From Diadema antillarum (lineage: Eukaryota): a stretch of 64,000 nucleotides of DNA. The stretch spans positions 868,001-932,000 of the forward strand of contig NW_027271872.1 in the NCBI RefSeq assembly GCF_040938485.1, given 5' to 3'. The first letter of the stretch is position 1, and the number at the start of each line of letters is the position of its first letter. Shown one piece after another: positions 56,801 through 64,000 of the stretch. A program made the translations under genes and the position numbers. The notes below the pieces were generated by a model. That model was not told where the DNA came from, searched no databases, and was given only the letters and a program-made list of their open reading frames with translations.

Positions 56801-59800
56801 AAAAATGAGTAATATTCACAACTGTGAAGTTCATCACTACTGCCCTGAAGCATGCCTTGACATGGGCTGTGTAAGTCATGATCATAGGTTATAATCATGG
56901 GATACATTTTTCATCTACCTTGTAAATAAGAGGCACAACATTGCCATGTACAGTACATACAATGCATTGTAAAGGTTAAAAATGTACTACATGAAGGCAG
57001 GTATGCCACCTGTCAACCTTACGCACAAGAAACAGATTGATCAAGGATACAAGCTGGGTCGTCCATGTCTGGTTCTGGGGTGTCAAAGTAAGGGTGGGTG
57101 CCCAAGAGTTCTGGCACCAGGGCCAGTGTGAGATCTGGATTAGCCTTTCCTAAATTCTTCAGGCAACTGAGACAGAAAATTGATGAAAATTTCAAAGGCT
57201 GACAGTCATACAAAGTAAGAACAAAATAAAAGCAAGAAACAACAATAAAACAAAAGTGAATAAAAACATCTCAACATTTAAGATAAAAAAATGGGAGAAG
57301 ACTGTCTGAAGGATGGTCTAAATACCATTTCATCTAAACATATTCCAGGAGCACTGGAAAAGTTGTACGAGCAAAGTACAATTGAAAGTTAACGACATCT
57401 CTTGAGGTGACAAGATTATGCAATCGACAATTCGGATATGTTTTCACAAAAAAACAATCCTTTTCAGAACAAACATATGAATTGAAAAGAAATATTACAT
57501 GAAAGCTGTGACATTGAGGAAAAAAACAACAAAAACTCTACAACAGCATTTCAAGATTTACAGCCACTTGAATGTCAGGAAATAAATCAAAGGAACATAT
57601 CTCTGGCTCCACAATGATCTGTCACAGTGTAGTGACTGCCAAAGGAGTTGCAAAGTCCTCTTCCTTGATTTCTATGTCAAATGTCACTAGTTTCCATAAT
57701 TCTCTCTAAAACAATTCTTCTACGAGTCTGTTCTATATCAAATACTAGTTGTTCTTACTAACTCGATAAGGAAAGTGAAGCAACGCCTTCATTCAACTTC
57801 TGGGAAAATTATATCATGTTTATTTCATTTTGACACAAAATATAGAAAGTTATAAGTCATGATAGCTGTTTTTGTTGTTGTTCCACCTAGACTGATGAAA
57901 ACAAACTTGTACACACACACTATCAATATATATGCACATTGCTCATCTGTGAAAAATGCAATGTTTTGCTCGTGACAAGCCAAAATAAAATGATAATATC
58001 AACACAGCAGCCCTCCACTTTCTCATCCCATATTGAGCCCCAACAAATTATGGAAAACCCAAATTGAGAACAGATAAAACAGAGAAAAAAAAAATATATG
58101 TTTACTTCATTGGCTTGCCATTAGTGGATAAGCAGTTTTTAGCAGCTTTTTTTTTTTGCTATATCTAACCAATAAAATAAACAGAAACAGCTAAAAAATA
58201 TGAGATCCGAAAGAAGTTAAGGCAGCTGACGGTCTTACTTCCAAATGGAGAGTCTGTCAGTTGGATACTTGTTAAGGTTTCTGATGAGGAACATCATGGC
58301 CTTGTGGAGACAGGACTTGGTTTCCATGGAAACGGAGGACAGCAGCTCATGGAGCGCCTCCCGAATTTCTTTGGATGAATCCTGCCACAGTGGATCGATG
58401 GAGAAAACGAGTCAGGGTGTCACATGAAGGAACAACTGCGCTAAGATTGGCTAGGCTACAGCTGGATATCTTCCTCCACATTGTTGAACTTCCTCTTCAA
58501 AATATGAAACATAAAGCCTCAGTGTTCATTGCCATGGCATAGACATGGTTATACAAACTGAAAAACATGTTCAGCGTCAGCAGTGGTAGTACTTTCTACC
58601 ATGTGCAGAGTGCCTTGAAAATGAATACAGGTCATTACTATCAATGTAGCTTATGTTAATCATTCGATGAAATATGACAAAAAACAAAGAAAGAAATAAA
58701 AAAAGGAGAAAGAAGCAACAGGCACGTGTAGTGCTCTAGACCAATGGGGGGGGGGGGGGAGATGGAAGAAGAAGGAGAAGTGAAGGAGATGGAAAAGGAG
58801 TAGAAAAAGGAGGAGGAAGAGGAACAACTTCCTAATTATCAAAATTTACAGTTACTGATAAATCTCGTATCTGGATTTCTTAAAGATCTGTTAGCATGAG
58901 GATACCATGGAATGAGAATGCTGGCCCAGCTTGGATATATTCGAGAATCCCTGTAACAAATTGTGCAAAGCTTTATCACTGATCTCTATGTAAGTATACA
59001 CACAGCTGAAAAATCTCAACTGGAGTCGACTGTTACAGATGAGTGTACGCTTCATTGACTGGTGCTATACATGGTTTTCAAATGTACCCCCGATGGCAGC
59101 GAATGAGTTAGGCCACCCATGAAACCTCACGCTACCAAGTTTTTAAATTTTTGAAATCTTCAAGTGGGCAACACGTATCAGGACTACTACCCCCCATGGA
59201 CAACTACCCCCTGGCTAAATACCGGATAGTGATCGGACTAGCTTCTGGATTAGGATTAGGGTTAGGATTAGGGTTAGAATATGGGTTAAGACTAAGATTA
59301 GGTTCAGAATTATGTTTAGGATTAGGGTTGGGGGCAAGGGTCTGTGGTAATTGTCCTTCAACCGGGCAACAAGATCCCAGAGCCAGAGGCAACTTCCATG
59401 ACTTACATCGAGCACATTGAGAATAATTTCCAGTTGGTCTTCCCTAAGTTTGATGTGGTGGTTGATCTTCCGCAGACTGTGGATGGCGTTCAGCCTTACG
59501 CTCTCGATCTCGTCGTTGAACATGTCGACGAGGAAGTCGAGGGAGAGGATGGCGAAGGACGGGGACTGGGCGGCCAGCTCGCACAGGGAATCGAGGGCTG
59601 CTGATCTCACCTCTAGTGAATCCAAAACATATTGAAAGACTTACAGATCAGATCTTGCACAAGAATTTTTGTTCCTTGCCAAAGCATTGCATCATACAAG
59701 CTCATAGCTGTTTGGGTGACAAAACCCCGTACTGTATCTCAAAGCTGTTAACTGTTCAGAAGAGTGAAAAAACATGGCAGCCAAAGCACTATGATAAATG

Positions 59801-62800
59801 GGATCACCTTTTCTTTTACATGCCGTGATGGCTTCAGTTTTGGGGCAAGACAGACAAGATTTGGACAGGACATCACTGAGCTGATTGTCTGACAATTAAT
59901 TTTAAAAAAAAAGGATTTTCACCAAAATTTGAGATACAAGCTTCTGTCGCCCCAATGAAGATAAATATATGCCACTCAAAACAAAGCAGAGCAAAGAAAT
60001 AAGTTATGACAACATTGCAACAGAAAAAAAAATTCTTAATGCTGCATGCTCTGCAAGGACAGTGATAAGATGCATACCTCCTTCCCACCCCCCTTCCGCC
60101 CACTGCCTCTCTTGCATACAACTTGCTCATAATCAATAACAAATCATATTATAAAATGACTTTAAGAATGTAGCTGATCATAAGCCTTGAAATGAGTCAC
60201 ATATGCTCTCTTCCTTTTTTTTTTTTTAATGCACGGGAGTGCAGAAACTGTGCAGCAAAAAAAAAAAGCATAACTGCACTGCATGTTATTCTTTGCCAGA
60301 TTACTAAATGCTCTGCGCAGCTAGCTACAAGTTTGTAGTTGTGCACATGGCACAAACCTGAGCAATCGCTTTGATTCACATTGCTATTTGCATACAAAGT
60401 TTTATCAGCTGACATAGACCCATTTTATAAAACAAATAATGCACAGGTTCAAAATGTTACTGGAGATGCAGTGCGCTCTCAGGATTTCACAACGCCATGC
60501 ACATTGCACAGTCGTAAATACCCTCAAGTGCATTGCATCTCTATTAACCCCACTCTCATCAGTGCAGTTTTTGTGTTTTGTGCACACTAGGTTAGCTATG
60601 GAAAAAACAAAACAAGACAAAAACAGAAACAAATTATATATCTGCCACACAAGTATTCATAAACATGACACTCCAGTCTATGCAAGCGTACATGACCTTT
60701 GCACTTTGCACTTACATAACTGTGGCCTTGAAAGGCTTTAGAGCAAAATACAGCAAGGTCAAAGGTCAAGCAGAATTCCTACAATAGAGGGTGTTCTCTT
60801 CTCACCTAGATACTCATCTTCCAGGCCATGAACAAACGCCCCGCACGCTCCGGAGGTGATCAGACTGACGGTCTCCGGATTGACGTCCTCCTGGGGGGCA
60901 TCGTCTGCCCACTTCTTCCCCGTCGACCACTCGCCGGAGACGTACTGCTCCTTCTGCCTCTCATGGGAGGATTTCTTTTTCTACACAAGAAGGGGGAAAC
61001 ACAGTATTTACAGCATTCAGGGAATATTTTGTTTCTACTAAGATACAGTTTAAAATGAAAACTCTCAGAGTAAAGGCAAAATGTTTACTTCACATTAAAA
61101 CAAAAAGGATCATTTTGCAGACTTTTAGTTGATCTTTTTTTTGTCTAAGAAGACAGAAAATCAAACCAAAAACAAACTGATGTTTTTGTCTTTCTTCTTC
61201 ATTCTTTCAATGTATATGCATTTAGCCATAGCTTGCTCGACTATTCTTTTGGCATTGTTTGAATTTCTGACCCAGGAGTGATCATAATATGATGCTTTTA
61301 CAGCGCATATCACTGCCACTGTTTGCGTCACTATGCACTTAAATACTGCTCAATGTGACATACCCAGGACAACAGGCATGATTACACTAGCCCATGCTGA
61401 AAATGTCTACTGGATAAATTGGATGCATTATTACTGTGTAGTACTCAAAGCTGCATTTCAAAATGACTTTAAAAATGCATGGAAATCTACACAAGACCTT
61501 TCAGAGCTGCCATTTATCTAGTTCTAACCTGAACAAAAATGATCAACTGGGTCTCATTGGGCTTGTACTGATAATCACTTGCAAGAAAGAGAAAGAAGGC
61601 ATGACTGATGACCGAAACCTGTCCTTTTAAAAGAAAAGATAAAAGCCCTAATTATTTTCATTCAGCTGTGGCTGCAATTGATGGTCCTAAAACAAATAAT
61701 TGAACCAAAGCAAACAAAGCAAAGTCTCATCAAAACTTTTGCCAAATGTGGTTCTAGAGGTGGACATTACCCTCAAGCCCGACATCAGCTTCTTGTCCAG
61801 GGTCTGCTCCAGGAACTTGGTGCTGACTGAGTGAAGTGACCCGAGCAGCCCTGCAGCCTCAGCTCTCACCTTCAAGGACAGATCTGTGACCTGGAGAGTA
61901 ACAGCAAAATGAATAGGTGGGACTATAATATCTTGTTTGTGTGTGTGTGTGTGTGTGTTTATACAAAATTTTTTTTTTTTTCATTCGTAACACTGACAAT
62001 GTGGAATTTATGTTGTCATAATGAAATTTGTATTATTTTGGAATGAACTAATTTGTTATTCACATGAAAAAGAAAGAAAACTAAAAGATTGACAAAAACA
62101 AAAACAAAAACAAAACAAAAACTGTGTGCTAATTTTGTGGAAGATTGGTTGACATGCAAAATTTCAAAAGTGGAAACAGCTCTAAATATATCGCATTTAT
62201 ACAAGATCTTACAGACAACAGAATTTCTCAGAATGTTTTATGCCTTACACATGGTTTCTGTTTAAGATGGTCACATTTTCTGTTTTCGTTGAGCGTGTGC
62301 CACAGACATAGTCTTATTGCATGTGAATACTCTAAAACCATAAATTTTTGCGTGCATGAAACTTTCGCAAAATTCATGAGGAGCCAAGATTTGTGAAAGT
62401 AAAGCGCATGAGAAAGGTTTTATCTACACAACTGCACTGAATGCCGGTGGCAACTTGCTAAAGTTTCACATCGTGAGAAAGGCCGTCAGCCCCAAATTGC
62501 GAAAGTTTCATGCCGCGAATCTTTCGGGTTTTACAATATAATTCCCTTACCATCTCGCAAATCTTGGCAAAGCCATCGTCGACAAGCCGCAGCGTCTCCT
62601 CGTTGGATCCTGGCGCTGACACCGACTCGTCTGGGTAGACCTGCCCTAGGACCCAGACCAGCTTCAGGGCCACGAGACGGACACCCTCATGGTCATCGGC
62701 CAGGGATCTGACCGCCTGCTGATAGAGGTCAAGCTCTAGCCTTTGGCCACGCTGATGCAATGACAACTGCAGATAAAAAATTTTAAAAATGCCCATTGCA

Positions 62801-64000
62801 TTCTCATAGAGCAATTACTTCTTCCTTACAACACAGATTTTACAATTGTTGGTTCGAGATGTACTCTTTGACTGACTGCAGATCTTGTACCCTCCCAAAA
62901 AGAATCTAGAAATTCTCACATCTACAGTGACCTGATGTGCAAATGTAGTGACTTCCATGCATCTGTATAATTTAAGTTCCAATTTTGTGGAAACACAGTT
63001 TTGATTTGTGAGTGACTAAAAAGGCTATGATCATGTTATCACAATCTTTTAGTTCCTATTCTACATCCAACCCACAAATACTGGCTTTGGGAATGGGGTG
63101 TTTCAGACATGATCCTGATCTTGACTATGTATGGACAGTCTCACTGCCATGTTCACATTGCAGATCACATCAGTAAGGCAAAAACAAACATTTTATGTCT
63201 ATACTGGTCCCTTTAAATATATAAATCACCCAGATTATTGTCACTCATCCCCTTGTATTCTAGTGTCTAAGTTAGTGATTTGATGTAAATCTACAAACAC
63301 ACGGCGTGTAATCCTAATGTCATACAGATTCCAGTAAGCATACGGTATCACCTTTTTTCGATCATTTTGATGTCACTGTTTATTTCTTAGGAATTTACCA
63401 ACAATCAAGTCATCAATTCTGCAAACACCTAAGAATGACATACTACATTACGTGACACCAAAAAGGGCAATACTACCAGTATTGATAGGTACATCTGATG
63501 CATTTGATTACATAAATCTATGTACCAGTATTTCAGCGCTAGTGGGGGTACTGTGGCATAGTGGATATGACTCTCGACTTCCAATCAAAGGACCCAAGCT
63601 CAATTCCTGCCCAGTGCTTTTGTCCTTGGACAACATGTTTTTACCCACCATGTCCCTCTCAACCAAAGTGTATATATGGGTTGGTTCCTGGCAATGCTAG
63701 GGTAATACTAATGGCAGGGCCCTTTGGTAGAACAGTGGCAACACTGAAGAGGGTACCCTACATAAATAAGACCTTATTATCATCATCATCATCAGTCTTT
63801 GCTTTTGGTAATTAATGGGATTAAATCCTTGGGAAGAATAAGAGGTATTCCTACAAAAGTTTTCCATGGCAGTCCTTGGCTACATACATACCATTGCCTG
63901 AAGGGCAGCCTCTCTGACCCTCGCGTCTCGGTCACTTGTGAACTCTCCCAGCATCCTTTGCAGCTGCCCCTTCCGCCGCTCCTTGCTGCTCTTTCCCGAG
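47845..64000 (-). CDS. INTS4: Integrator complex subunit 4 (5'-partial)
   Basis: Exons 63892->64000, 62551-62766, 61771-61890, 60806-60980, 59407-59612, 58239-58381, 57051-57166, 56013-56146, 54731-54894, 53047-53140, 52730-52813, 51494-51696, 50069-50366, 48405-48525, 47845-47993. Motifs [72 protein letters not shown]. Confidence 0.93.
48758..49313. mobile_element. Unclassified hairpin-bearing element (A'-hairpin-A-body-A') in an INTS4 intron
   Basis: Foldback 48761-48906; perfect 13-bp inverted repeat 48906-48918 / 49301-49313; 68-bp palindrome at 49057-49124. Confidence 0.5.
53581..53731. other. Assembly gap (N run)
   Basis: N run; the same 20-mer tcaaccaacgacattccctc flanks both sides. 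Confidence 0.95.
53754..53823. repeat. (CA)n microsatellite next to an assembly gap
   Basis: Direct reading. Confidence 0.9.
54045..54406. mobile_element. Kolobok-like MITE inserted in a TA-target MITE
   Basis: TTAA at 54041-54044 and 54407-54410; removing it restores gtggttaaattc as in the sister copy at ~39522. Confidence 0.7.
55603..55836. other. Assembly gap (N run) within an (ATC)/(ATT)-rich tract
   Basis: N run. Confidence 0.95.
56147..57050 (-). other. U12-type (minor spliceosome) GT-AG intron of INTS4
   Basis: 5' site GTATCCTTGA; branch-like TTCCTTAGC at 56173-56165, 18 nt before the exon; weak pyrimidine tract; phase 1. Confidence 0.8.
56523..56700. mobile_element. Tigger/pogo-type MITE
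   Basis: TA TSD; TIR c(t/a)gtcaaacctgtc...ggccacc. Confidence 0.7.
63544..63795 (+). mobile_element. tRNA-derived SINE with (ATC)n tail
   Basis: A-box gtggcatagtgg, degenerate B-box, body motif gtccttggacaa, tail ttattatcatcatcatc. Confidence 0.65.

Overview
AT-rich eukaryotic (metazoan) DNA with spliceosomal introns. The repeat content suggests a sea-urchin-like echinoderm, which is an inference. I reconstructed six protein-coding genes by hand: cyclin B3 (minus, last exon outside the window), TMEM254 (plus), a single-exon pogo/Tigger-derived TIGD4-like gene with a degenerate catalytic triad (plus), TMEM256 (minus), CFAP300 (plus, head-to-head with TMEM256) and INTS4 (minus, 5' part outside the window, one U12-type intron). 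Introns and intergenic DNA are filled with nested non-autonomous elements: Kolobok-like and piggyBac-like TTAA elements, TA-target MITEs, Helentron-like HINEs, tRNA-derived SINEs and LINE fragments. The strongest leads are: (1) two sequence-unrelated elements that share an A'-hairpin-A-body-A' layout, with hairpins carrying repeated tandem G.A mismatches (one also has a GCGAAGC apex), i.e. folds favoured on one strand only; (2) two independently inserted ~2.1 kb Sola2-like elements in inverted orientation around TMEM256 exons 2-3; (3) a splice donor at the TMEM254 poly(A) site that could splice into the TIGD gene. Family names come from terminal sequences and target-site duplications (TSDs) read by eye. 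No database searches or folding programs were run. There are two N gaps.
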